Positions 11,534 to 26,248 of a stretch of 64,000 bases of DNA are shown here, piece after piece (position 1 is the first letter of the stretch; the number at the start of each line of letters is the position of its first letter). A program made the translations under genes and the position numbers. Under the pieces are notes generated by a model, which worked only from the letters and a program-made list of their open reading frames with translations, did not search any database and was not told where the DNA came from. This DNA comes from Octopus vulgaris. Lineage: Eukaryota. The stretch lies in assembly GCA_951406725.2 (NCBI GenBank), contig OX597830.1, forward strand, positions 11,842,001-11,906,000, given 5' to 3'.

Positions 11534-12209
11534 AATGTGGAGACCAAACGTGAGATTTTTCTTAGAGAAAATGGATTTAAGGGGTGGTCTTACTCGGTTA
11601 CGGGTCGATTTCCACCATACATGTATATGCAAATGTATATATCGTTGCTAGTATGTTAAACTGTCGTATGTCCAAATTTGGTCAAATGCGTTTTTTTCAA
11701 TATTTATTTTTGTTTGCAATAGCTGGTTCTTTAGGTCAGACTATCGTATCTCCAGCTGCTTCTGATGCCAAGATATCAAAACTTGTCAAAGTACAACGGT
11801 TTTGCTCTGGAATGATGAGACTATTTTTTCGTTTTCTGAAAAAGTAACGCTTGGACATACGACACTTTTGTATAATAGCAACGATATGTATGTATGTATG
11901 TATGTATTTATGTATGTATGTATGTATGTATGTATGTATGTATGTATGTATGTATGTATGTATTTATGTATGTATGTATGCGTATATGTAGGTATGTGTG
12001 TATGTCACTATTCAGTTTTATTTCAAGATTTCTTGCCAATAGAGAAAGAGCTAATAGAAAAAGGCTCCTTCACTGGAATTTGTCCATCAACAACTGGGTA
12101 TGTATGTATGTATGTATGGATGGATGGATGGATGTGTGCAGATTTGTATGTTTTATGTATGTCTTCTCATGCATAAACATGCATATCTAGGCATGCTCAT
12201 ATATACTTA

Positions 12210-12737
12210 AATGATAAACTGGTAAGTTTTACAGATTTTTACAGTTCCAGAGATGGCTTGGATCTGTAGTCTTTGAATCAGCTTTCTGGATTTGCCAAAA
12301 ACATGCTTCACAGATTTTCTTGTTAGTTGTTTCACCATAACCAGTTGAGCATGTCCCTTAGTGGCTGACGATACGTGCATACCTGATCACGAGCAGAAGT
12401 AGTGGGGGAACATCATGGCCATGTATTGAGAGGAATTCTTTGGGGTTTGGATAATCCCCCCTGGAAACGTGTATATTTCGTTCAGCATCCTTAAACAACC
12501 CTTACTCAGGGACCTTTTGAGCGGTAAGGGTTATTCGACCTGAAGAAAATTCTAACTGGGCCCCACCTGCAGGGTCATGAACTTTTTATCTTGGTATGAG
12601 ATCACCATGTCGCACACATATAGTTGTGATGCGTGTGCCTAGTGTACCCTTATCAGACGGGTAGTCATGATGGGTATATGAAGTTTCGTATATTTTACCT
12701 CAATGATACTTTGATAGAATGCACTGCTCGTTCACAC
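12210..12737. repeat. Unclassified interspersed repeat ending in an (AAT)n array
   Basis: Block of higher GC abutting (AAT)n; no coding motif recognised. Confidence 0.35.
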
Positions 12738-12805
<68 letters not shown>

Positions 12806-12820
12806 TAATAATAATAATAA

Positions 12821-13115
12821 GACCTGGAAATAGAGGTAACCAGAATGTGGAATCTGAAAACAGAAACAATTCCTATCATAGTAGGTGCATTAGGCATGAT
12901 AAAAAAATATTCAGACAAATACATAACAAAAACACCAGGACTTACAAACACATATAACATACAGAAAATTGCACTACTAGGCACTGCACACATCCTACGC
13001 AGAACACTTTCCATACAATAACCATCAGAGCATCACAACAAATCACAGCACATACCCAAGGCACACAGAGCTGCGCTCGGTAGTGAAGTGAAAGCACGTT
13101 ATAAAAATAAAACTA

Positions 13116-13118
<3 letters not shown>
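12821..13118 (+). mobile_element. Dong/R4-clade LINE, 5'-truncated 3' end inside (AAT)n
   Basis: Reads DLEIEVTRMWNLKTETIPIIVGALGMIKKYSDKYITKTPGLTNTYNIQKIALLGTAHILRRTLSIQ* plus 3' UTR; (AAT)n at 12738-12820 and 13119-13265. Confidence 0.9.
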
Positions 13119-13192
<74 letters not shown>

Positions 13193-13205
13193 TAATAATA
13201 ATAAT

Positions 13206-13246
<41 letters not shown>

Positions 13247-13265
13247 TAATAATAACAATAATAAT

Positions 13266-14110
13266 ATAACTTTAACATCATTAACTGGAGTCTTACAGAG
13301 CTCCAACGCCTGGACAGGATGACAAGAAAAATACTAACTTCTAAGAACATGCACCACCCAAAAGCAGATATTGATTGTATGTACCTACCTAGCAGTAATG
13401 GGGGAGGAGGAATGATGCAGGTAGAAATGTGCTATAAGACCTCCACAATAGTAATGAACAGGTAATTATCTAGTAGAAAGGATTGGATACTGCGACTTGT
13501 GAGCAAACACGAAAAAGGCAAAAAGTCATATTCGACTGTCAAGGAATCTTTCAAATTTGCAAGTGAACTTGTCGTTAATCCTGAAATGGTTGAAAAACCT
13601 GAAACCACTACCACGATACAAGCAAAACGGATCAAGTAGACTGCAAGAAAGAACGAGTAGAAACAAATTGAGGAGCGATGGAGCCAAAAACCTCTGCACG
13701 GACAGTATGTACTTCGAAATCGAAATGCCAATGTAGATCAAGCAATAACCCATCAGTGACCGAGAAGCTGGGGACTGAAAGCAGAGACTGAAGGTTTTAT
13801 ATTGGCGACACAAGACTAAAGCTTGCTCACAAAAAACTACCAGGCTTAAAGTTCTTCAAAACTGTTCTGACTCAAAATGTAGATTCTGCAACACATTTGA
13901 CGAAACAATATAGCATCTCGTCTCGGAATGTCCTACGCTGACACCAAACGAATATAAAAGTCGCTACGGTAGGGTAGGGCAGTATTTACATTGGAAAATA
14001 TGTAAACACTACAAAATCAGCACTCCTGATTACTGGTACAAACATTATCCTGAGCCAGTCGTTGAAGGTAAAAATTTGACTATTCTCTGTGATTTTCCAG
14101 TCAACACTGA
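13266..14110 (+). mobile_element. Dong/R4-clade LINE fragment (post-RT region with CCHC knuckle)
   Basis: IINWSLTELQRLDRMTRKILT..MHHPKADIDCMYLP..GGGG, KPLHGQY, LKAETEGFILATQD, CRFC..ETI*HLVSECP, LHWKIC; several stops. Confidence 0.9.
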
Positions 14111-14208
14111 TGTATGTATGTATGTATGTATGTATGTATGTATGTATGTATGTATGTATGTATGTATGTATGTATGTATGTATGTATGTATGTATGTATG
14201 TATGTATG

Positions 14209-14280
<72 letters not shown>

Positions 14281-14375
14281 AGGTAGTTAGAAAAGATGAA
14301 AGCAGAAACTATACTGAGACGTAATGTTTATCGCCACTTCAACATGGCGTTACTACCATTTTAACCCCAGTAGTA

Positions 14376-14538
14376 AGCGTAGGAGTGGCTGTGTGGTAAG
14401 TAGCTTGCTTACCAGTCACACGGTTCCGGGTTCAGTCCCACAGCGTGTCACCTTGGGCAAGTGTCTTCTACTATAGCCTCGGGCCGACCAAAGCCTTGTG
14501 AGTGGATTTGGTAGACGGAAACTGAAAGAAGCCCGTCG

Positions 14539-14611
<73 letters not shown>

Positions 14612-14884
14612 GTGTGTATATATATGTGTGTGTATATATATATATGTGTGTGTATATATATATGTGTGTGTGTGTGTGTGTGCATATATATATATGTGTG
14701 TGTGTGTGTGTGTATGTTTGTGTGCCTGTATTTGTCCCCCCTGCCATCGCTTGACAACCGTAGGTGGTGTGTTTACATCCCCGTAATTTTCCGGTTCGGC
14801 AAAAAAGACCGATAGAATAAATACTAGGCTTACAAAGAATAAGTAAGTCCTGGGGTCGATTTGCTCGACTAAAGGTGGTGCTCC
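14376..14884 (+). mobile_element. SINE family A, 3'-truncated, with expanded internal microsatellite
   Basis: Same head and body as the 7902 copy. Confidence 0.92.
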
Positions 14885-14954
14885 CGTCCATGTTTTTTGT
14901 ATCGTCTTCTAAATGTTTTGCGTTCTTGACCCAGTTTGTATTTTTTTACTATAC

Positions 14955-15042
<88 letters not shown>

Positions 15043-15074
15043 TCAATCCTGCACTCTAAACATGGACAACGTAA

Positions 15075-15445
15075 ACTCGAAAAGAACTAGTTTACGTCAT
15101 CGAATATTGCCAGTGTCGCAGGTTTTCTCTCATGGTTTCTCTCTCATAGAGAGATGTTGTGACAGCAATAGTGGGGTCTCCCATTCCCAGTGGGCCAACC
15201 GTGCGCCTGCACACCAACCCAGCTATTTCCACGTACCCGCACATATATACATGCATACATACACATGTACACATATTGTTGGAGGGCCGTTAACTTCTGA
15301 GCTCTCCCTCCCTTTGACAGGTCTTGGTTTTTGTCCTGCAGGGTGTTCAACAATCACCCTTCTCACCAAGCAAGCTTGATGTGGTTGCCATGCAACAAGT
15401 TATACTTGGTTACGTTACCAGTAGTGCCCAAGAACAACCTGACAT
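15075..15445 (-). mobile_element. Diverged copy of the (ATGT)n-associated element at 44318-45624
   Basis: Collinear shared blocks: CCCTTTGAC, CTCACCAAGCAAGCTTG, CATGCAACA..GGTTAC..GTTACCAGTA, end abutting GACATACAT. Confidence 0.75.
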
Positions 15446-15762
15446 ACATTCTTATATATATATATATATATATATAATTTCAACAATTGAGGGTAAAATT
15501 AATTAGCTATTAATCAATTTCACCAAGTATTCAGTATGTAAAGGGACCATTTAAGGCGAATTCAAAATATTACATTGTATAAAAGGGCTTAGTAAAATAA
15601 ATTACTTTGCCACATACTGAACTCATTAGAAATAGCAGCCAAAAAAAGATTTTTTAGCCATTTCCAATACTTAAAGAAAATTTCTCTCAGATAGTGTTTA
15701 CTCAAAATAACCCACGAAGGTATGGGGGTAAAAACATTAAAAAATCACAAATGCAAAGATTA

Positions 15763-15824
15763 TTTGAGAACGGACGTTTCTAGATCAGCCAAATACAATT
15801 CGACATTTCTTTCGTCAGCCCAAA
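15763..15824 (-). ncRNA. Type I hammerhead ribozyme (left arm copy)
   Basis: Minus: tttggg-CTGACGA-aaga..gtcgaat-tgt-atttggc..tcta-GAAAC-gtcc-GTT-ctcaaa; A-A mismatch at the base of stem II. Confidence 0.7.
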
Positions 15825-15991
15825 ATTTCTTAATTCGGATTTGGAAACACTGAAAGTAGGAGCATACCCTTTTGGCGACTTTTCACCTCAGAAGAACCGT
15901 TCAAACTAACAGTGCCAACAAATTCAAAATATGCAAGCGAAGAATTCCTGCTCTCCCCCTTCCACCCCCTTCCAAATCCGAATTAAGAAAT

Positions 15992-16053
15992 TTTGGGCTG
16001 ACGAAAGAAATGTCGAATTGTATTTGGCTGATCTAGAAACGTACGTTCTCAAA
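15992..16053 (+). ncRNA. Type I hammerhead ribozyme (right arm copy)
   Basis: tttggg-CTGACGA-..-GAAAC-gtac-GTT-ctcaaa; palindromic stem III ACGTACGT; A-A mismatch at the base of stem II. Confidence 0.75.
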
Positions 16054-16232
16054 TAATCTTTGCATTTGTGATTTTTTAATGTTTTTACCCCCATACCTTC
16101 GTGGGTTATTTTGAGTAAACACTATCTGAGAGAAATTTTCTTTAAGTATTGGAAATGGCTAAAAAATCTTTTGGCTGCTATTTCTAATGAGTTCAGTATG
16201 TGGCAAAGTAATTTATTTTATAAGCCCTTTAT

Positions 16233-16355
<123 letters not shown>

Positions 16356-16475
16356 CGAAACTCAGAGTTTTATCTTGGCTTTTGTATAATTGACACATAT
16401 TATTTTACAGATAAATTTCCTCTATTTACATAATATTGAGGTATCTTTCTTTCTTTTGTTATCTTACCGTTTTTA

Positions 16476-16512
<37 letters not shown>

Positions 16513-16517
<5 letters not shown>

Positions 16518-16880
16518 AAAAGTAAAAAATATATACAAACTGGGACAAGAACGTGAAACACCTAGAAGACGACTCAAGAACCACAGGACGGGACATTCGA
16601 AGCTCTCAGTCATCAGTCAAGAACCGGATCATCTTCGCAATTTCGGCTGATTAATCTTGAGATTGCTCCGACCTGGGCAGCCACCAAGGGAAATCTAAGC
16701 CAAGCGCATTAGATCCCTTGGAAGAAAGCCTCGAATGTATACAACACAAGGACGGAAAACGGACGATGTACACGAATAAAAATACAAAAATACGTAAAAA
16801 CAATAAGGAAAGCACGAATAAGAATACAAAAACGTAAAAACAATAATGGTAAGGATAAAAACAAAACCAGGACGTAGGAC
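16513..16880. repeat. (TA)n-bounded interspersed repeat module (probably Penelope-derived)
   Basis: 16535-16595 is an inverted homologue of 14882-14945; bounded by (TA)n. Confidence 0.5.
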
Positions 16881-17305
16881 ATATATATATACATACATAC
16901 ATACACACACATATATATATATATTTATATATATTTATCTACCTATATAGTTCTCTGTCTATCTATGTTTATATATAGAAAGACAGACAGTTTGTCTGTC
17001 TGTTTGCCTATCAGTTTGTCTGCTGTATTTTGCGGCATGGTAGACACTGCATCGTGGGAGACACATCTTGCCCGGCGTGTGTTAACAATTCTGCCGGCTC
17101 GCTCCCTAAAAGGGCGATGATATTGACAATCATAAGATCGGTAAGTCCAGTCTAGCAGAGAATTATATCATTCTATTGTGGCCTTTTGCAATTTTGAAGA
17201 AATTCGGTAGGAATTTCTGCTATTATTGAAGAATTTCCAAAAGCTAACTGGTAAAATAGTAATTCCCTTTTCATAGAATTGCTAGAACTTGAAACATGAT
17301 GATGT

Positions 17306-17447
<142 letters not shown>

Positions 17448-17960
17448 AGGCGTGGCTGTGTGGTGAGAAATTTGCTTCCTAACCATATGGTTCTGGGTTC
17501 AGTCCCACTGCGTGTCACCTTGGGCAAATGTCTTCTATTATAGTCTCGGGCTGACCAAAGCCTTGTGAGTGGATTTGGTGGACGGAAACTGAAAGAAGCC
17601 CGTCATATACATAATTATGTGTGTGTCTTTGTGCATGTGTTTTTCCCCCACCCACTGCTTGACAACCGGTGTTGGTGTGCATTTCGCCCGACTTCGTGTT
17701 CTGAGTTCTAGTTCCGCCAAGGTTGATAAAATAAGTACCAGTTGAGTCCTGGGGTCGATGTAATCAATTTGCCTGCACTCTAAATTGCAAGCCTTGTGCC
17801 AAAATTTGAAATTGCTATATTTTTGAAATTCACTAACAACAGAAATTAACGAAGCGGTTCGGCAAAAAAGACCGATAGGATGAGTACCAGACATTTTATT
17901 TCTTTTTAAAGTACTAGGATCGATTCGCTCGACTAAAATTATTCAAGGCGATGCCCCAGC
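17448..17960 (+). mobile_element. SINE family A (older), carrying an inserted copy of 18162-18330
   Basis: Family A head and tail separated by the 17679-17849 duplication. Confidence 0.85.
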
Positions 17961-18113
17961 AATCACTACTTTTACACTCACGTGAAATATGATATCCAAA
18001 AAGGAATTCAATAACGAGAGACAGATATACTTATAGTAATCATGTCCCACACTCTGTAGTGACAAACAGGGAAATGCCGAATGATTTCCTCTTTGTGGCA
18101 CTTTGATAATTAA

Positions 18114-18295
18114 GGCGGCGAGTTGGCAGAATCGTTAGCCTGCCGGGCGGAACGCTTTGCGGCATTTCGCCCGACTTCGTGTCCTGAGTTCTAGTTCCGC
18201 CAAGGTTCATAAAATAAGTACCAGTTGAATCCTGGGGTCGATGTAACCAATTTACCTGCACCCTAAATTACAAGCCTTGTGCCAAAATTTGAAAT
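18114..18295 (+). mobile_element. tRNA-derived SINE, family B
   Basis: Head GGCGGCGAGTTGGCAGAATCGTTAGC..GAGTTCTAGTTCC, shared with the copies at 30331, 51200, 51420 and 57410. Confidence 0.88.
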
Positions 18296-18680
18296 TGATA
18301 TATTTTTGAAATTCACTAACAACAGAAATTATACTTGTGCAACATAAAATTGGGCAGTGATTTATTATTACACACTGAATTCCATGCATTAAATTAGCAT
18401 TTTTATAATGAATTAAAAATCATTTTGTTTTTATATTATTATTTATATTTATAAGTTTTATTCTAGGGAGCGTACATTGTCTACCAGACGTACTCTTTTG
18501 CGGGTTCTTGTTGCACCCTTCTCTAAGTAGGGAATTAGGTAACGAGTGATATGTGTGCCACTGTCAGCACAGCTAAATTTTTTCCAATAACTAATTAGAA
18601 TCGAATTCCTCATTAAATTCACGAAATTCACAATGCCAATTAACGCACGCACGAACACACACACACACACAATGATACAC

Positions 18681-18682
<2 letters not shown>

Positions 18683-18711
<29 letters not shown>

Positions 18712-19015
18712 TGTATGTATGTATGTATGTATGTATGTATGTATGTATGTATGTATGTACGTATATATGTATGTGTGTGTGTGTATGTATGTAGGTATGT
18801 ATGTATGTATGTATGTATGTATGTATGTATGTATGTATGTATGTATGTATGTATGTATGTGTGTGTGTGTATGTATGTATGTATGTATGTATGTATGTGT
18901 GTGTGTATGTTTGTATGTATGTGTGTGTATGTATGTATGCATGTATATACGTATGCATGTGTGTGTGTATGTATGTATGTATGTATGTGTGTGTGTATGT
19001 ATGTATGTATGTATG

Positions 19016-19047
<32 letters not shown>

Positions 19048-19130
19048 TGTATGTATGTATGTGTGTGTGTATGTATGTATGTATGTATGTACATATGTAC
19101 ATATGTATTTATATACACACACACACACAC
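18683..19130. repeat. Compound (ATGT)n/(GT)n microsatellite
   Basis: Direct inspection. Confidence 0.97.
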
Positions 19131-21902
19131 ATTTACATATATACACACATACATACCGTCATAAATACATAATAATATATACACAGCATTGAAAATGAAC
19201 GTGTTGTATGTGTGAATATTTTTTCAGACGTATATTATTAGGAATTTGTTTTCTTGTTTTTTTTTAGACATTTCATTACATTTCATTACATTCTATTTTC
19301 GTTTGCAAAGTACTCAACTTTGTTATTATAGATTATAGCCACAGATTTGTCCAATAGTATGCACTGCTCTTTATTGAAACACATATTTCCTTGCAGCGTT
19401 GTTGCTTTAATCATTTATCTACCTTCGTTCTGTTGAGTCTTTTTTTTTTTTGCTTTTTGTTTTTTTCTTATATTAATCCTCGCCTATAAAAATGGTACCG
19501 GGATCACCATTGCTTGATGCTTCTAAGTTACTAAACGATTATCACCATTTGCACAAATAATATTTGCGGTACTAATACATTCGAAACTAGCACAGCACTA
19601 CTATCACACGTTTCAATATGGTTTAAAGGTTCATGTCGACACACTGCAGATTCCAACTACTTAGTTGCAGAATCTAATAGACACTGAGGTAAATTTATAT
19701 TTCAGATACCTTTGTGCTCATCAATATATCGCAACTTCCAAATATGTTTGTAGAGATGTTGTAGTTATTAATGTATTTTATGATGTCCGATTTTTGATAC
19801 GTATTTTCATTTTCTTAAAAGTAGTAAGAGCCTCTCACTTGGTGACGACTAATCTAAAGAATTACATATGACTTAGTTGAAAATCGTATTAATTCTTCAT
19901 TAAATTGTATGAAAACCCACCTTTCAGTATTCAATATTCTCACTGATGTATTATGTAAAGCACACGCAAGTGCACGTAGAACCACACATATATATGCATA
20001 AATGCATATATATATATATGTAACGGTAGATATTATATATATATGTGTGGTTATGGGTATGTATATGGCCACACATATGTGCATAGATATATCCTTTAAT
20101 GAGCGTGTAATTTCTCTCTTTCAAATATGTATGTACGTGTGTATGTTTGTGTGTGTGTGAATTTTATGTAAGCATATATTAGTAGAATAGATTCACATAA
20201 CAATTTGAGGCTAAAAGCGTGCAGAATCCGTTATATTTTTGTATATAGACACTTCAATGTTCGCAGATGGCAGTTTTAATCCAAAATAAGTAAGCATGCA
20301 ACTACCAATATTTGAAGCGTGAGCTACAGGTATATCGATCTTTCAATGTTTTCTTCCAAGCAATAGAGAATAAGGGGGACACGGTAACAATCGCAATAAT
20401 AGCAGTCGTGTTGAATTCAACAGCCTGAATAAAATGTTGAGGACAGGCTTTTATTCCAACATATTTGTGCTCATTGTTAGAGATTGGAAATTTTTTTTTT
20501 TTTTTTTTTGGTGAGGACGCAATGACTTGTTAAAGCGTAAAGCAACTTGTAACCTTTACACATATCAACAAGGAACATTTCAATTGATGTTTGCATTCTC
20601 ATCCCGATATTTCATTTTACATGTGACTTTATTTAAAGCCCTTTCCTCATAAATGAAAACAAAATAAGGTTCCTTTACTGATTTTCATTGGGAAATGTTT
20701 GTTTTCATAAGACAGCAGTTTATGAGAAACTTTTCACCTTACACAGATGCTTTATACTCCTTTGTCATTTTTTCCTTCTTATTTGTTTAATATAATCAAT
20801 AGGCTAAAGAAATTCCTTTAAAATTGTTGATACAGCCGTTGACAATATCCTGATACTAGAACTAAGTACTGAGAACGAACATCTTGCATTTAAAGCAGTC
20901 GCAACGAAACTATCTTACTGACAGAATTAAAGCAGAGAATAATTTAAAGTCGAACAGTAATAAACTTGGTTGTTTTTCTTGCCACTATATCAAGTCTGTT
21001 AGGCTTGCGTATGTCATTTTTGTGAACTCTATTGTCTCAGGATGAAAAGCTTAAACCAGACAATGACATATATTCGAAATATAGATTTCTATATATAGCG
21101 ACATACGCATTATATATTATTCACTCGTACAACACCGAAAATATTTTAAAACGACTTCGGTTAGTCTTACATAAATGTTTGATCATATCTCATAGGCGGG
21201 CACTCAAATTTCGCCATGTAATCTTGCATTTAAGTGTGCATAGACTACAAATTTTTCCGATAGATTAACAATAGGAAGGTAATGTGATCTAACGAAAAGT
21301 AAAACTATCATTAACATTATAAATTGTAAATGACTTCTTCTTGGAATGAACTGGTAAAATGTAGCAAAAATTCACGTAGCTGTTATCTGGATTGACTTTA
21401 ATTTCACTAGTTTGTCTAATTTATTTCTTCATTCTTACGCTATTGCTTTTATTCTTACTCATTTCACCCTCATAGAATTATTACGATTATTCATATTGCT
21501 TTGAAAAGAATTGCAGGATAATTCCTTATCGCATTAATTAAAACCGAAAAGAAAAAAAAACCCAAAACACTTTTTAATTATTGTTTAATCCAATGTTTTC
21601 AAAATTTTCCCAAGATTTCACAACTGTCACCTTTATAACCATTAATGTTATCGCTACAATCATTATAATTGCTATTAATGTCCTTATTTTTCTGTAGCGG
21701 ATGGAAAATTCTTCAACTTTTGTGTATTTCTTCTTCTTAGACTATTTCGTTTAAGAAAGACAGAGAGGAGGAATAGTAGCAGATTATTTATGGTATACAG
21801 TGTATAAGGAATATTTCCTTTACACGCTTCTGGTTAAAGTTAGAAAAAAAAGTAGTGTGCTGCAATTCTAAGCGATGTGAAAACAGAGTCTGATAATAAT
21901 GC

Positions 21903-21905
<3 letters not shown>

Positions 21906-21968
<63 letters not shown>

Positions 21969-22321
21969 AAGAGAGATTGGTGTCGAGAGTAGAAGCGGTC
22001 GGCATAGATACAACAACCTAAATTGTCGTCTGCGCTGCTCCAGCTCACTTCTCATTCCTTCTTTCTCTCTTATCAAACTTAATCGCCGCCGCCGCCGTCA
22101 CCCACGCCGCCGCCGCCATGCTGCTTCTGTAACCAAGACGTCGACGACAACGACGATTATCACAACGACCAAGCAACAGCAGCAACAGCAGCAGCAGTAG
22201 CAACACCACCACCACCACCACCACCACCACCACCACCACCACCACCACCACCACCACCATCTCCATCGCACTACACTACATCACCACCGACGCCGCCGCC
22301 ACCACCACCACCACCACTACC

Positions 22322-22359
<38 letters not shown>

Positions 22360-22720
22360 AACTACTACTACAACTACTTCTACAGCAAACACCTACTTCT
22401 CCACCACTACCACCACCACCACCAACGCTGTTACTACCACTACTACTGCTGCTACTACTACTACTACTACTACTATTACTACTACAACTACTACTACTAT
22501 TACTACTACAACTACTACTACAGCAAACACCTCCTTCACCACCACCACCACCACCAACGCTAATACTACTACAACTACTACTACTACTGCTGCTGCTGCC
22601 GCTGCTGCTGCCACTACTACTACTACTACTACTGCTACTACTACGACTACTACTACTACTACTACTAACATCATCGCCACCGCCGCCGCCGCCGCCGCCA
22701 TTACCGCCATTGCCACCATC
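21906..22720. repeat. (GA)n plus compound trinucleotide block (CGC, CAG, CAC, TAC, TGC)
   Basis: Direct inspection. Confidence 0.95.
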
Positions 22721-22778
22721 GCTGCATTATGCGCTTTAACTCTCTCATCCTGTTTCTTTGCCCTTAACCGTTCCTCAC

Positions 22779-22803
22779 CTGTTTGGTGCGTTCAGCCCCG
22801 AAT
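22779..22803 (-). other. Candidate 25-nt micro-exon
   Basis: Minus: ttttctttctaaatacacgggttgcAG|attcggggctgaacgcaccaaacag|GTGAGG; splice signals only. Confidence 0.2.
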
Positions 22804-23019
22804 CTGCAACCCGTGTATTTAGAAAGAAAACTCTTTTTTTTTTTTAAACAAAAAAAGCGATACATACATTTATATTCCATATATATAAACGCATATATTA
22901 TGTGAACATATGCAATATATACGTAAGTGTATGTGTTTGTGAGGGGTGACTGCACACACATACATACATACATACATACACACACACATACATACATACA
23001 TATGTGCGTATGTACATAT

Positions 23020-23054
<35 letters not shown>

Positions 23055-23419
23055 AAAACATAAATGTGAGTGCGTGTATGTGTGTGTGCGTGTGCGTGTA
23101 TGCGTGTGTGTGTAACAAAACAAAACATACACGCTATCACCGTTACTACCAGACCCTTTTCTACTTTACCCAGGTATGTTTTTTCCTTTGCATTTTCTCA
23201 CAGAAGCACTTACCACCACCTCTAACAATTGCCATTGATCTTGTTCACCTCCACTTTATTATTTTATTATTTTAATTTTCTTCTGTTACTTTCGCTGTTC
23301 GTAACCTCGTAACTCCGTTGCTTGTCTTCAGTTTGTCGCTCTAGCAATGTCTTCTAGCCACAGCTTGTTGCTAAAACCATTTCTGTTTTCCTTCTTATTT
23401 CACTATCCTTGTTGCTAAT

Positions 23420-23597
<178 letters not shown>

Positions 23598-24492
23598 AAA
23601 CTAAATTCTTTCTGTTAGATATATAAATATCTAAAAAAAAAAAATTAGTTGATTTTTGTTCTTTTGATTTCTACTGGAAAAACCGAAAAACCGAAAAAAA
23701 AAAGTAATTATTGAAGAAAAAAAATTTAACATTTTACGTTTATATTAAGTAAAAAAAAAAAAAAAAAAGAAAAAAAAAAGTAAGTTTTGCACTCATTCTT
23801 TTATTTATTTCAGGCCTTTGATCCTTTCCTTACCTGATGCTTACCTGAAGCTTGCTTCTACATTTCCAAATAATAACATCCATTTATTTGTCTCACTTAC
23901 ACGTATTTTGTTTCATAATTACCTTTCCTTTTATAATTTGTTAGTACTTTTTTGAAGATGTGTTCCCTTAGACATAGTTCTAATTGCTATTCCAGTTCAT
24001 ATTACTATGCTAGTTCTTAATTGCTATTCCTCTAACATACACAGATATGGTTTATGCATGTTGTAGTCGTGGACATTTTACACTGCCACTATTTCTCACT
24101 CGAAAGGCACCTTCTCCCCCACGACTCACCAACATATTCCCAATTATATATTAACCAGTACGAGTGTATCTGCTGATATTGCAACCACTACAAAACCCCC
24201 CAAAAGGATTCTTTGCGATACTTTAGTCACACCGATAGCAAATACAAAATTAAGCATTTACCTGACTATATATATCACGCACATACACATACACGCTCAT
24301 ACCTTCATAGGCACACACGCATCTACACAAACGTATAATCGCAGAAACCAAGTTGAATAAATATAATCACAACAATATATACATACGTATGTACCTGTGT
24401 ATGTACGTACGTACGTACGTACATACACAGGTGTACATACATATGTGAAATGATAATAATAATGATTTCTTTATTAACCACAAGGGTTAATG

Positions 24493-24553
<61 letters not shown>

Positions 24554-24714
24554 CAACAACTACAACAGCGATCAAACATATCAACGTAAAACTTCATACA
24601 CACACTTCTGGGTGTCTTGGTATGCCCACACCTTGTTCTCTATTTACTCCCAGGTAAAGCACTGATTGCTTTACTCCCAGGTAAAGCAAACGTATAATCA
24701 AAAGCGTTTAATCA

Positions 24715-24870
24715 GACACAACCATACCACCAGGGAGTATATTATATATAAGGGACCATGTTGTCCAATGAGTCCTTCCTCTATTAAAACAGCAAAGTGC
24801 GAATTGAAGGATTTTTCTCTGCCATTTCTAGCAGGTTGAGAGACCACGCAGAGGCTCCCCTCGTTACTCT
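24715..24870. repeat. Old interspersed repeat family (related pieces at about 27020-27095, 27400-27575 and 28200-28360)
   Basis: Shared motif of the form TTGGCTGCTATTTCTAGCAGGT..GACCAC.TAGAGGCTC. Confidence 0.6.
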
Positions 24871-26204
24871 CATGCGCATAAATATAATTATAAGGATGTA
24901 TGTGTAAATGATAAAACCATTCATATAATATACATGACTGCGCATATATACATACTGTTAGATATATCAACCAATTTTGTGTTCAGAACATTCGGAAATA
25001 CCTATTTTAAAGTTGCACGTTCGTTTTGTTATTTCCTACAACCGTTTCACCCATTTCGATTATTATTTTTTTAATACAATATTTCTTTACATAAGCATTA
25101 AATGAAGAGCAATATACACACGTACGCACTCATGTGCATAAACATTCCTACACACATACACACACACATACACACACAGAGACACAGACACGGATGCATA
25201 CTTATATATTGATGTACATACCTACATATATTTGTACATACGTATGCTTTTAAGTGTATCTATCTATACACAGTACTTCGAAACTTTATTTCAGACAATC
25301 TTATGTTTTTTTTTTAATCCCTCTCACCTGTTTAATTCTGGGCTTATTTCGGTTGATAAGAGCTGCCCTTCAAATTATAGGCCGTAGTGAAAAAAAAAAA
25401 AAAAAAAAAAAAACCAAACCAAAAAATCAAAAGAGAAAAAAACCAGCAAAAAAAAAAACCTAATCGGAATACTGTTTCACCATGGAAAAAAAAAAAATGA
25501 AAGTATAAAAGAAAAAGAAAAAGAAAAAAAAAAGGCGGGGTGTGGAATTTGGTGGAATAAAACATCTGTGACTGTGTAGGATCGTAGCTACTTCATAAAT
25601 ACAATATTGTTGCTTCTATGTGCTACACACCGTTCATCAAAACCATTCCAGGAGACGTTACACATTCGTCTTGTATCTCAAACCGGTATCTCCATTACAC
25701 ATAAGGATTTCGTTTCTTAATTTTAAGTGCAAGAATAAAAACTCGAAAGCTCTTGGAGGATTTTTATTGTCTTTCTATATACACTCCAATATCGCCAGCA
25801 TTCGGTTGTACGGTCCTATCTCTCTCTACGTAACAAATATTTTGTGGATTATTCCTTTGATACAATATATATATACCAGTATTACGTGTAGACAGACATA
25901 TATAGCATTCGAAAAAGAAGGAAGGTAAATCGGAAGAACAACACAAACGCAACGCACCGACAGATACGAGCGCACACACACACCAATTATTCTTCGATGC
26001 ACTTGTGCATAAGCATGTCATTTCATTCCTACACGAGTAGATTCTACATTTTATACATACATACATACACATACACACACACATACATACATACATACAT
26101 ACATACATACATACATACATACATCGATACTCTTGGGGGTGCTCGCGCGTATATATGAGTATGAATTCATGTACACACACGTATACACACACACACGCAC
26201 ACAC

Positions 26205-26248
<44 letters not shown>

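Noticed and set aside
18458-18640. Non-repetitive end of a minus-strand ORF (..EKGATRTRKRVRLVDNVRSLE*) as a terminal exon
   Set aside because: No recognisable homology and ambiguous splice signals; cannot be supported.
21877-22719. Poly-Q/T/V/A ORFs suggesting a low-complexity protein exon
   Set aside because: Explained by trinucleotide repeats; no recognisable domain or splice context.
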